Of a stretch of DNA of 64,000 nt, positions 38,301 through 51,042 are shown piece after piece. The notes below the pieces were generated by a model that was not told the origin of the DNA, ran no database searches, and was given only the letters and a program-made list of their open reading frames with translations. Every line of letters starts with the position of its first letter. Position 1 is the first letter of the stretch. Made by a program: the position numbers and the translations under genes. The stretch is from Phoronis australis (taxonomy: Eukaryota > Animalia > Phoronida), in the NCBI GenBank assembly GCA_002633005.1, contig NMRA01000015.1, forward strand, positions 1,409,439 through 1,473,438, read 5' to 3'.

Positions 38301-41300
38301 CTTTGAGAGTGCTAGCAATATTTTAATGCAATCTCTGAAGTATTTGCATTGCCATAATGACAGGAAATGTAGCATTTCAATATTTAAATCACCTTTGAAG
38401 TTGTTCTATCAATATTCTAAAATCAATAATTATCACAGAACACAGCAATAGCATAAGAAATTGGTAAAATCTCATCAACTTGGGACGAGTGAAATTTTAT
38501 TTTCTAACTTTTTTCATAAAATAAATTTACTTCCAAATTGAGCATAAGCATTACTAAACAGGAAAAAGTATAAAACTGCCTTTCCATGTTGAAGTTCTGC
38601 CTCCACTGCTGCCACCTGACAATATTTTGAAATATTACAGCTAATCACATGGATGATACAAGACCTTGAGAACTGAAACCAGGACAATTTTGGGGATGAT
38701 TTTTGTCCGAATTTGGAATAAGGTGCATGAACGGCCATTTAAGGAGGTTCTATCCACAATATTGTTTCAATAGCTTAGCTGTTGTTAGCCATTACTGGAA
38801 AACAGGTAAACGTCCAATTTTGCACTCCTAACGCGATCATGGTGATATTTTTCTGTATGTGAAATGAATGACACTACAAATGTGTCGACCTTACGATTCT
38901 CAAATACTATGTTTATACAGCATCTGTATAAAGCACATCACAGTTAGAAGAACAAATAATACCTGGGTATCACAGAGAATGTGCAGGAAAGCAACTGATC
39001 CAACCAAATATAACACACACTACACACAGGCTGAAAGCTTGGTAAAAGACGATAGCAAAAATTAATGCAAAGAACAGATTGGCACAAGAGAGGTACAAAA
39101 ACGTTAAGAAATATTTCCTAGGGGCTTCCTCTCAATGTCTACGTAAAGACCTCCAGTTTGTACTTTGTTCAATGACACAGTCCAATAGTAACTAACATCA
39201 GCACAGAGTGCATCACTAAGGAACACTTTGTAGTCTGAAAAGATATTAACTTAAACAATACAGAGTAAAGCAACCTTGTTGCCAGAGCTACAGTATTACT
39301 CAATAGTTCAAACAGTCAGGGAACCCTGAGTGATGTGCCAGGAGGTGCCCTTGACCAGTCAGTGACTGTGTGAGCATGGGTAGTCAGCTGATACAAATTG
39401 GTGCCTGAGGCGGAGCGTAAGACTTAAGTAAAGAGAAAAACACGGTCTGAGCACAGTCAAAACAAGATGCGAATGAAAAGTTAAAAAACAGCGATAATAT
39501 TAGTGCAATGATGAGAAAAAGAAAATCACTTTAGCCAAACACTTGGGCCATAGTTCCCATCAATAAGATTGAGATTCAAAATGACAGGACATTGTGCACA
39601 CACTATATACAATAAAGCCTCATCAAATTAGGACACAATATGGTAAACAAGTGATAGTTAGTTTTTCCATTTATGAAGAAAAGATAAGTAGCATCCAGTT
39701 AAAATATCTGTTCCATCGTTACCATCCAACAATATTTCACAACACAGTGTGCACCAGTGTGATTTAACTTATTGACAACTTTAAAAAGGGAGATTTTAAC
39801 AATTGTTTCTATCCAGATTTAAGTAAAAATAATTTCTAATGTTGTTTTAGAAAATTATCGTCATGGTTTGATACTGTGCAGCTATCATTTAACAGCTACA
39901 CACTTAAGTTGCAGTATTCCCAGTAATGCACTAAGTCCTACACCAAAATGATTATTTGCATCCCAAAATTGCAGAATTTTCCGGAACTAACCTTTCAATG
40001 AGTGAACAAAAACAAGCCCATTAGTTTGCATAACGTAAAAAGACAGAAATACATAAATGAACATGAAGTATCATGAGCTGAAAATTCAAGAGGTAAAAAA
40101 AATATATGTTACATACGTGGTAGGCTGAGATGTCAACTGAAACTTGAGCTACTGTTTTCACCAAAAAGCGCTATTGTACATAAGTGTGATTCCTAAATCA
40201 ACAACACATAAAGTCAACACAAATGTGACTCACTCTAAAAACAGTAGAAACCCTGGCAAGCACAAGAAGATTGTGAACAAAGATCAAACAAGGTGAGGCC
40301 AGGTCAAGTATTAATATCAAACATGTTTGAGCTATTCCTTGTTATTCTACCACACATTTATGTTTGCCGATATCAGTTATGTGATAGCCTAACGATCACA
40401 TAACATGGTAATTGGGTGGCATGGATACCTGGGCACCTGGAGCTGCCGAGTATAAAAAATGGATTTAAATGTGGAGTTTGTTGCATGATTGTAATGTTGA
40501 CCTGCTGAGATAAGCCATTAATCTTGCATTATCTATAAATAATCTCACCTGGTCCAGATAGCATGCAGCACTTCCACAAACAGTTCAAGACTGACACACA
40601 GAGTGAGCTCACTGTAATTACAGGGTGTTACAATCGGACTGGATGATAATCATATCCTGAGAGGCAGCATTATAAAGGGGGTTGTCCGCGGGTCTACTAA
40701 TGGGGGCGTGTCACAGGCTCAGAGGAATACCAACCTGCAGTTTAGTCGTTATAGACCAAGGTGTCACTGACGAAATCGACACGGTCACTATGGCTCAGTG
40801 ATCAGCAGGGACAAGTTATGGACCGGTCACTGACAAAATTTCAATGATGACTCAAGCACAGTGATCCAACTTAATTAAGTCCAACAAAACATGCTGGGCC
40901 ATGGGCTGCTCATCACAGATTATTTGCCGAGAAGATACAATACAGACAAAAAACAATCTTTTGGAGAACCTTTATCTGGATTTTCTGATTGGCCTGATGT
41001 TTTTTTTTTCAAAAACAATTCAATTCAAGTATCTACAATACAAACTAAAGATTCGCCAGATTACTAATGCGCCAGCATCACAATGCCAATACAGTAAACA
41101 TGTTTCCTAAGAGCAAAACCTCCGGCCAATGAGATAATTAAATCTTGATAAAATTTTAAAGTCACTGCAGCGTCAAGACAGCTGTTTCACCAGTTTCAGT
41201 TGTGGTCACCCTGTAGAACTAAACATAGGATTACTGATGTTCACCAGATAGAGACTGTTGACTGAAGAAGGCAGACTGACAGGATAATTAGTAGGATTGA

Positions 41301-42013
41301 CTTGGACAAAAGCAATCAGCAATAAGTGATCATATCTACTGCCTTACAACAATTGAAGATGACAGGATGACAGCTAATAGGGGGTTGACATATGGGCTAA
41401 GAGGCCACAAGGACCCTTCATTGTGTAACTGTCTCAAGGGCCAATGATCTACAGCCAGGCAGTCAATGCACTTATCAATTAGAGACAATAAGGTCACATA
41501 TTCCCAACAGTGCACTAGGAGAATATTAACAAAATACAGCGCACTGTCTTGTCTACCAGCAGAGAAAACTTCCACACTAACCTACATGCATCATGGGTGT
41601 AGACTTTTCAGTACATTATGTACATCTCAAATAATATTTAAATCGTTTCTACGACCAGTAATTCTACTTATACCGTTCTTAATTAGCATAAATGACCACA
41701 ACCAAACTTTCCAAATTTTCCATTTTAAGTGTTCATACTGGGCTAAGTGGCCATCTCCGATTTATAAGTGAACGCCTACTCATGAAAATTTGAGTTCTCA
41801 AAAGGCAATACATAACTTGCTTACTACTCATTACTGAAGGAAATGTGAAATGGTTCTTTTGGTTCATGTACTTTCTAATATTGTACTTTTATGGTATAAT
41901 GGTAAGAGGCATTTGCACGAGTGAATCAACCAGCACTAGGCGTGAACCTAGAGCAGTGATACAACATTTCAGTACAAAATTGATGAAAATAACAGAATTC
42001 TGAGGCTCTAGTA

Positions 42014-42283
42014 AGGCGCTGTCATATTAACTTAACTCGAGAATGAGCGGAGCATCAACGTAAACTGCACAGTTAATTGAATCGTTCCTACCAGCTTGGT
42101 AGTTAATGGCATCGAAGTTGGCCGTTTATGGCGCACCGCAGCATTGATGCTTCGCTCTTCAATACACCTATTTACTGCTAAGGTATCTTGTGCTATTAAC
42201 TTCAATCCAGGACCCAAGTTAACTTTTCATGCTGATGGAACTCCCTAAAACATCGACATGTCGACGTTACTATGACAGGGCCT
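42014..42283. mobile_element. 270-bp MITE with 18-bp TIRs and 3-bp target duplication (PIF/Harbinger-like)
   Basis: gta|AGGCGCTGTCATATTAAC ... GTTACTATGACAGGGCCT|gta; TIRs match at 16 of 18 positions. Confidence 0.7.
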
Positions 42284-43788
42284 GTAGAAGCTAAAATACC
42301 TGAAAGTCAGCTACCTAATAAAGTGAGTGAGCAAATGAGTCGACTTCCCAGAATGACAATTATATTAAAGTATATCTGAATTGAGCTGATCCGATTAATC
42401 AATTTCCTAAACCCCCTGTGGCACCTATTTATCATTTTGGGTAACACCCTTAGCTTTTTTAATATACCAATTATACACGCTAAAGAATGCCGAATTTTGG
42501 CCAAAATAGCTGTGGAAAACTGAGAAGATTTACATGCTTATTTGGGGCCCTTTTGTGGGTTTTCTATTTCCTTGATAGCATGCTGATTTACCATCAAAAC
42601 TTGCACATTATATACATGTACGCACATGTTATCACCAATAGTTCTCAGCTTTCTAATATTAAAGAATGGACAAAATGAAATTCATTGATTGCTTTAATGG
42701 AAAGATTCAAGCACCACCACTAACTCGATTTATTCTGCTTTAGGGTCTGCAATCTCTCTGCACGGGTCTTTAAAACAGTATTGTTCCATTCACAGACACA
42801 CAACACAAATTAGTGCTGTGACATGCCACTTCTTAACAGCTTCCCAGTGTTGCAGCAGTGCCGTCCCTCAACCATAACTCATCTCATCAAAAACCATCAG
42901 AGGATGCTGGAGGGTTCCAACCACATCATTTTAAAACTAAACCATGCTGTGGCTTGGGGCCAATAAACTAATAGTCCTCTGTCAATGTAAACAGGATTTG
43001 TGTTCTAGTTTAATTACCATATTATGGTTACCCAAATATTGTCTGGCTCAAGGTAGTTAGCAAAACAGGAGGATGAATCACCCCACACATTTTCATTGGG
43101 CATGTGAGTTATCAGGACTTAGTTACAGGTTACCTGCACTTAACACCTACACAAACAGTATATTGGGATGTGAGTCTGTGATGCTGTAGGGGTGCAAGTC
43201 ATTCATGTGCATGGAACAGCTGTCAAAAGGCCCTCTTTAAGAAATTACCAAGAAGTTGATGTTGAAAACTGAACAAAATCTTGAAAATCATAAGACATGG
43301 AAATGTCAAATAAAGATTTGCCACATGACTGAAATCAACTGTGGATGTTCTTAACAACTCACAAAAGTTAGGCAAAAAATGTTATGAGTGGCAAATAAAA
43401 ATATAAATAAGCAATATGTGAGTGAATATTGAATTTTCGAGAGAAAATCCACAAAGGTTGACAATTATGAATGTTACAAGAAAATCATTTATCATAAAAT
43501 CCCATACACGACAATTTAAAAAAATATGATTTGAATAGAAGCGTTTTAGAGTTCTTTTAAATTGATTGATTTCCTTATTTTATATGATAGTACAATGGAC
43601 TAAGTGGAATTCATTGCAGCCGCAAACATGCAGGGATAAATTTTATTGCGCAAAATTAAATCTTCATTTTGCCCTGTTTAGCCAGCTAAAAATAAAAATC
43701 AAATTAGGTCTTTTACTCTCATCAAACCTTTCCGTAAGATTCCACATAGTGATATGGTTCCATTCACATTACCGACTAAAGCCACAAC

Positions 43789-43960
43789 CACTGCATACAA
43801 GCACTGCATACAGGCACTGCATACAGGCACTGCATACAGGCACTGCATACAAGCACTGCATACAAGCACTGCACACAAGCACTGCATACAAGCACTGCAT
43901 ACAAGCACTGCACACAAGCACTGCATACAAGCACTGCACACAAGCACTGCATACAAGCAC
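43789..43960. repeat. 13-bp minisatellite (GCACTGCATACAA), about 13 copies
   Basis: Direct reading; it explains the overlapping periodic ORFs at 43566-44038. Confidence 0.97.
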
Positions 43961-46459
43961 CACTTTCACCAACAAGAACATCAAAACCATCACCAACTCA
44001 AAAAAAAACAATTTATAGCCATAGTTGGCCAACCCTAAAATTGCGAATTCGAAAAATTCCGCTATTCACAGCTTGTACTAACCTAAAATTGCATATTCCA
44101 AAACACAGACTGCTTGTGCCAACCCTGGCTTGAATTATGAATTCGAAAACGGCATTTGTATGCTTGTATCAGTTGGTATCGGAAATAGAATTAGGGCTAT
44201 CACATTAAGAAATATACCGAGACGGATTTTATGAGAAACTTAGTAAAGACAAATTTGATTTTCGTTCTTTACCAAGCTAAATCAGGCAAAATGCACCTTT
44301 AACAATTGTATATTATCCTACTCACTGGACTTGGCTTTAAACATGGATAAACAAACAAACATGAAAAGAAGTCCCTTCACAACACAAACCTTAAATCAAG
44401 GACTCAGATCCACAACGGAACTCTTTCCACTCGTTTACAGCCAGACATGTAATCTATTACACAGAAAAAAACCTCAGAAACTGATAGGGCAAGCTCAGAA
44501 GGCTGTGTGTGCGAGTAATGAAATCAAAGCGCCAGAATGTGAAGACTGTGTGAAGATGGAAGGCTGCTTCACAGCAACAGTGATGTGGTAATGAAACACA
44601 GCAACACACTAGGGGCAGTAATCACCCATGTAGGGTTGACGTAATGAACTGCACTGGCTGAACATATGAAACTAGAACAATATACTGGTGTTCATTTACC
44701 TCTAGATCTGTCTCTACAACTTAAGTGTGCGGAATAAATTTCATGGATACAGGCATAATTTCTGGTTAAAGTGGTCATATTCATTGCGGTTTCAAGTAAG
44801 AAAAATGTCATTTGACATCTTCAAGTTCAAAGAGACTGTCTTAAATGTGAATGTAGCACTGCCCATATTTTGAGAAGCCATTTTCTCCACTGAATAACGG
44901 ACATCAAAGTGGTTCTCAAACTACGGGTATGTTACATCTGACTAGTGTAGCTCCGTCTTACTGATGAATGTATGCAAGGGAGTGAATGAGAACCAGGATG
45001 TAATGCGAAAGCAATTTCTGGGGCTACGCTCATATAAAAAACAAGTGCAACTCGTCCACACTCACTTGAGTCGCATAGCACAGCCTGGGAGACTCTGGTT
45101 GATATTGCAAACGAAAATCATACACATAAGAATTTGAGTGAGGTGACAGACAACACAGGTTTGGTAATAGTGTCAAATATTAGACCTGAACTGCTAATAC
45201 ATTGGCCATCAGAGGAAAATACCAGATACTGTTCTAAATACTGTGCTATCAGACCTGTAAAAATCTAAATTACTCACTAACTAAGAAGAGCACAACTTAC
45301 CTGGTCATGTATGAGATCAATTCTATGCAACCATGCAGACAATACCAGACAAGAGGCTTACCTTGGATTCAGTTTCTAGCCAATCATTTAGTTTGACGTT
45401 ATTAATAAGATGACGTTACTATGTACATAACAATTGTTTTATAGCATTATTAGTTCAACTCGGGTTGACATTGTGCCCACACTGAACTATAGACACTGAG
45501 ATAATAAGCATTAAAACACTTACTCTCAATGAAAACCACAAACCCCTCAAATTCGTAATCACCATTTGTACAGTGTACATTGTTTTATATAAAGAATTGA
45601 CCATGATATATGTATAAACACATTTCAACTACGACAATGTGCAACCATTTTTGTTCAGAAAAATGAGAGTGACCACATTTTGATATCCAAAAGAAGTTAC
45701 TAAGAACACTAAACAAGGCTAAGGGCATGTGCAATTAAAAGGGCAGTCAATGTACGCAGTTTAAATATTGAGTGAAACAAGAGGAGGACGAAAGTCGTAA
45801 TTTTCAACCAGGAAATTAACTCTATTCTGTTGATGAAAAAGTCAATATGTGACTAAACAGATCAGATTTTCTGTAACGATTTTCACTCAGCTAGACACCC
45901 ACGTACAATCAAATCTTACAACCAACAACACCCGTACTCCATATTAAATCATTTCACACCAGACACAGTATTTGAGCAGAATTCTACACATGACTACACA
46001 TTACCTGCTACAAACTGCACTATATAATCCTGATGTTGGATAATCCAAGAGACTGCAAATCCACGAGCTGTGAGACAGTGACTTGCAGGCTGATCAAGAT
46101 CAATAGTGTGTGCATAAAGTTGATGTGTGTGCTCTGACGTATCTGAGTACAATTATGCAGAGAGAGTGTGAGATGTACAGCTGACTGCTACAGCTCCTGC
46201 TGCATGTGATAATGTCAGCACTCTACCTAGCCATCATCCACTACAGTCATACGATCAGTCTGACACCATTGGCTCATAATAGCCCATAAAAATATTTTTT
46301 AGAAGCTTGCCATATTGTTGCAAATGCTATGTCATACAAATCAATTTAAAAGCAAAGTACCAACTTTCCTGAAAAAATCTTTTTGATGAGAAATTTGACA
46401 AAATGAAATTTCACCCGTCTTCCATAATTGTATCCCAAACTGAAGAATATTTACCGTAT

Positions 46460-46838
46460 GCTAGGTTTACACAATTGGTGAAAATGCTAGCATTTTTACT
46501 GGCTAAAATGACAGCGAAAACATAGTATTTCAGCCAAACAGATGAGCTGTGTGCAAAGGTGTCATTTCCATCACCAGTTAGTTCTATTCTTCACCATCCA
46601 AATCGCTTATGTGAAAATTTATAACAAAATGCTTCACTGTCTGTTGCACAATGCAATGTAAACAAAGCTTTTTTACACCTACCAAAACATGATCATTGAA
46701 ATACGCAGTCTTGCTATAAAAGTGGAGCGAAAACGCCAGCAGTTTAGGGACGATTCAAACTTCCAGCACAGCGTCAGCAAAAGTGACACTAGTGATTATG
46801 CTATGAAAAAAACGCATTTCAGCCAATTTGTGAACAGG
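46460..46838. mobile_element. MITE-like repeat, same family as 34722..35311
   Basis: Left GTTTACACAATTGGTGAAAATGC versus reverse complement of right GTTCACAAATTGGCTGAAATGC, plus shared internal blocks. Confidence 0.55.
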
Positions 46839-47637
46839 TAACAGAGAGACTAGTACATTCCTTACCTCCTCAACAGCATGCCAATAGACATTTGTTGATG
46901 TCTCAAAAGGACACAACTTGATGAATTGCCTAGGGGGAAAGGACAGCCTTTCAAACTTTGAACTTTCATTGCAATGAATCACTTAATTCCAATCTCCCAA
47001 TTTAACTAATATATTAAGGTTAATCTGTGGAAATTCAATGAGGCAAATACCCTGAACCTTCATCACCTGAAGACTACTGGGTAGAAACCTTTGTGAACAA
47101 AATAACTCACATATTCAACCTATTTATACTGTTTGTTGACATGTTTAATAAAGTAGAAAATTTAAAATAGGCAGAAATTCAAACCAGCAACAGTCCAGCA
47201 CTGGCTAAAAGTGCTGGCAAAACCTCATTTCAAATCCCCTTTCCATGTGAATTTAGAAGAAGTAATCCCGCTATTTTTCCACTAAGATTTTAATCGAAAC
47301 AGTTTTTGCAAAGGTACAAGGTTTACTTTGTATTCTCAGTTCCACCCAATTTGTTTGGATTAATATCAGGAAATTTTATTTGGGGGGGGTTGTTTACTCA
47401 AGGGTAGTATATTTGTCACTGTTGGTCAGTAAGTGACAAGAATACCAGTGGTCTAGCAGTTAGCAGGAACCATGGGGACACCACCGTTTGAGAAATTAAT
47501 ATCATTAATTTTTTCATGAAATATTTCCGGGATTTCGGAAGACAATGGAACACAGCTAATATGACAGGATATGCTGGAAACATGAACCTGAGAAAAACAT
47601 CACATTAATTGATTAAGAAGTTAACATTTGATCCTAA

Positions 47638-47738
47638 AAATGGTGTTCATAAATTGTGTTCACAAATGGTGTTCACAAATGGTGTTCACAAATGGTATTC
47701 ACACTGTGAATGGTATTCACAAATGGTATTCACAAATG
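47638..47738. repeat. 13-bp minisatellite (AAATGGT(G/A)TTCAC), about 7 copies
   Basis: Direct reading. Confidence 0.9.
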
Positions 47739-50494
47739 CCAGAAACAGCATCAGATACTCTGAAGACGGGGATTGAAGCCAATTGTCACCTTCTCACTTT
47801 ACTGTAGTTTGAATTTCGAAGCCAAATAAATAAATTTTTTTCGTCATAACATTCTTTAAGAACTGAAAAGTCTGCACATGCAATACAGTATTCAACAAAA
47901 ATAATCAAATCAGTACAGACAATATCAAAATGAAGGAAAAGTGCGATGAATTTTAAACCACTTCAGGCTCCCCACACTGCTAATGGCTGACAATATACCA
48001 TAATTATTGCGACACTTAAACTGACGAGTCTGGAAATCAGGAGGGGGAGGTGTTCAACCCAGAGTTGGTCGCCTTAATTGTAAATTGCGGGTGGGTGCTT
48101 ATCCAAACTTGGGCATTTAAAATGAGCCAGCCAGTTGTCCTGGCCACATTGACTTTCAATTGAAGTCCACAGAACCAAAGAATTTGGCATTGGGGTAATT
48201 GTCTACATGAAAATCCAATCTGCAGTCTCTAATGGACATATGTTAGTAGTTCAGTAGCTAAGTATGTTATCAAGTAGATAAGTATATAGGACAAAATACA
48301 TTGAAAAAATAACCGTTAAAATTCTAAAACTGATGTGCCATATGACTGCCATTAAAATCTAAGCGTAAACATTAGTTCCCAGTTCAAATTTTGCAAGTCA
48401 GACGGATTGACAAACTTCCAGCCAATAAACTTCCACAAGGAGTGTATGTCCTTATTGATGCGTGGGAATGATGCAGTGCAAATTTCAAAAAATAATCTTG
48501 GTTTTATGGTTGGTTATGTAATTATTTTTTTGCATGAAATAAAAGTCTCATAATACTTTGACTTTGTGCAGATTTCCATTTCCGTACGATTCCAATCTGC
48601 TACCATGGTGCCAGCGTCGGGATTTGGCTCTAAAATGTCTAAGAAAAGAATAGCTCTTTTCAGTAAAAAGCAAATTTGTTGTAGGGTAGAATAAGAGACT
48701 ATAGTCTAGTAGCTTAAAGTGTCAGTTTCAACAGTGTGGCAGATTTTAATGCACAGCAGCAGACGATGCCCCTTGTGGCCATACCTACAATCCAACTCAC
48801 AATTGGTCAAGATTCTGCATTTGAAAAAGCACCTTAATATTTTAGAAATCAATTAGGTCGAGCAAATTATGGTTGGGCTCCAGTCCAAGTAGAGGGCCCT
48901 TAATTGAAATTTCTCAAAAGTAGTGTGTGGCACTACTCCAAGCAGTTGACAGCGTATTCTGAACGTTTTCAAGAGTAGGGGTGGACGCTAACATGAGCAC
49001 GGGCATTAACCCAAATGTTTACGGTACATACTGACACAACCATCAACAAAACATTGACACAAACTTATTTCCATTACACAAAAAAGACGGTATTCATGAA
49101 TTACAATATCAAAAAAAGTTTTCTGGCTACAAGTTTATGGTAAAACCTCGCCAATTATGGACAAAAATAATCGACAAATTGCTAGTTTTTCATTTAGTAA
49201 AGCATAGATGAGGTGACAATGTAATTGCCAAGCAAAATGACAAAATAAAATTTCTGTCCATTTTTTGTCCAACACTGGTGAGATTGTCTCATGTCATGGA
49301 TTCAAGTTCAATGCGACATGGAATAAACAGTGCACTAGTGACATCTAGTGGTACAAAACCGAAGCATGCTCATATCAGGAATCAATATTTTCAAACTTTA
49401 CTGTTGACCATTAGCTGATTAGACAGGTTTAAGCAAGACAAAACTATCTCATTCCTGGCAAATGGGCTATCAAGTATCATTTATCTTCTGTATTATTAAA
49501 TCAGGTGAGTTACCAGCATGCAGGGTAGTCAATGACTCTCCACTCTCATAATAGAAATACTACACTGAGTGCTGATATTTACTATGAATTTTTTTAATCG
49601 ATCAGCATGTCTTAAACCCATCATTTGGTCAATCTGGCCATATGGCACAAGTTCAAATTACAGTGACAATCACTACATGTGCACAACTGCAAATTAACAT
49701 CCCCTAACCGGCAATGTAAACAGCCAGTGACATCCCAGACACAATGACAACTAACTGTTGGAGGGTTTTTTATCCTACATTTCCTGGTGAAATAATTTAT
49801 TATCTTTCAGCCAATAATCCCTTTTTTGGTGTGGAAGCAGTTTCAATCATTGTTATTAATGCCACTTTGGAAATCGGTCGTCATCGGTTCTTTGTTCCTA
49901 CGTCAGTGGAGTCAGTCCGACCAATCAAGTCCATGAGGTCTGGATTTGCTGGCATCTATAATGCGACATTACACTGGAACTTGCACACTAATTCCTCATC
50001 TCTGAGATTGCTTGGTCACATTAGTTAGAAACACAACGTATAGCAACGATGTGAATATGAAGAACGTTGAATTATGGCGAAATGTTTTTAAGAACAAGTT
50101 TTGTGTAGAAAATGATATGCCGTAAATCAGTCAACCATGTCTAATAAGTATCACGAGGTGGTGTTGAGGAATAACACTGCATGATAGGGGCTATGTGAGA
50201 CCCCAAGGTCCGACATAAGTGCAAAGGTCACCTACTTGCAGAATTCTTTGTTTTCACGTTTACAGGTTGTCCGTGAATACAACTGCACTTTCATTAGTGT
50301 AGATGACGTTCAAATAGCATTGTCGTGAAGTTCCTGCTGTACATTAGCATAGTTAGGACTAGGAACATGCAAATACATTTCTAAATATGGTCCCCATCCC
50401 AGTGAACCCTCACATAGCAAAGTTATCAGCTGGTATCACAATAAATTAAGACTTAAACGCTAATGTCACAAGTTAAGACCCAGCAGTGTAAATT

Positions 50495-51042
50495 CCTGGG
50501 GCGTACTGCCATAGAGGAGCTATGTGGAACGTGCCACTCAGAATTGGGCGTCATTTTTAGAACCAGTTTCCATTTTGAAAGGGTTTTCTTCCAACAAAAT
50601 TCTTCGAGAAAGAGTGCCTCTCCAACTTGATTCCCAAAAAAGATTGATTTCACTTTGGGACAGTTGCAAACTCTCCAAAAAGCACCCTTTTCCAACAAGA
50701 TTTTTTTTTGTCTAGTATATTTTTTTAATTTTCTAAAAACTTTGGTGACAATTTTTGATCTCATGACAACTGTTATTGTACTGTTTTGGGCTAAATGGCT
50801 AAAACAGCTGTCCAAACATCTCAACAAAAGGTTTAACTTTACACAATTGACCCCAACAAAACAATGGTGTTATTAGAAAACAGATTTGTTTCTGGAACTA
50901 ACTTTGCAAAATGATTACTTTTTCATAAGAACTTCATAGAACTGGGTTCCTCTTTTCCAGTGCACTCCCTCACTAACGGGTGGGTAGTCTATTCCAATTT
51001 TCCAGCTCTTGACCCTCAAAAATGTAGTCGAGTATCCCTCCC
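50495..51042. mobile_element. Non-autonomous DNA transposon, relative of 20365..20622
   Basis: Left CCTGGGGCGTACT; right GACCCTCAAAAATGTAGTCGAGTATCCCTCC. Confidence 0.5.

Noticed and set aside
40668-40720. TATA-like plus GC-box-like words on the plus strand
   Set aside because: Short motifs expected by chance; no downstream gene is evident.
43566-44038. Four overlapping Cys/His-rich ORFs resembling metal-binding proteins
   Set aside because: Translation artefacts of the 13-bp GCACTGCATACAA repeat.
48604-48638. Possible CH-domain linker exon (ILEPNPDAGTM)
   Set aside because: Too short with a weak donor; 55899..55951 fits the length, phase and motif far better.
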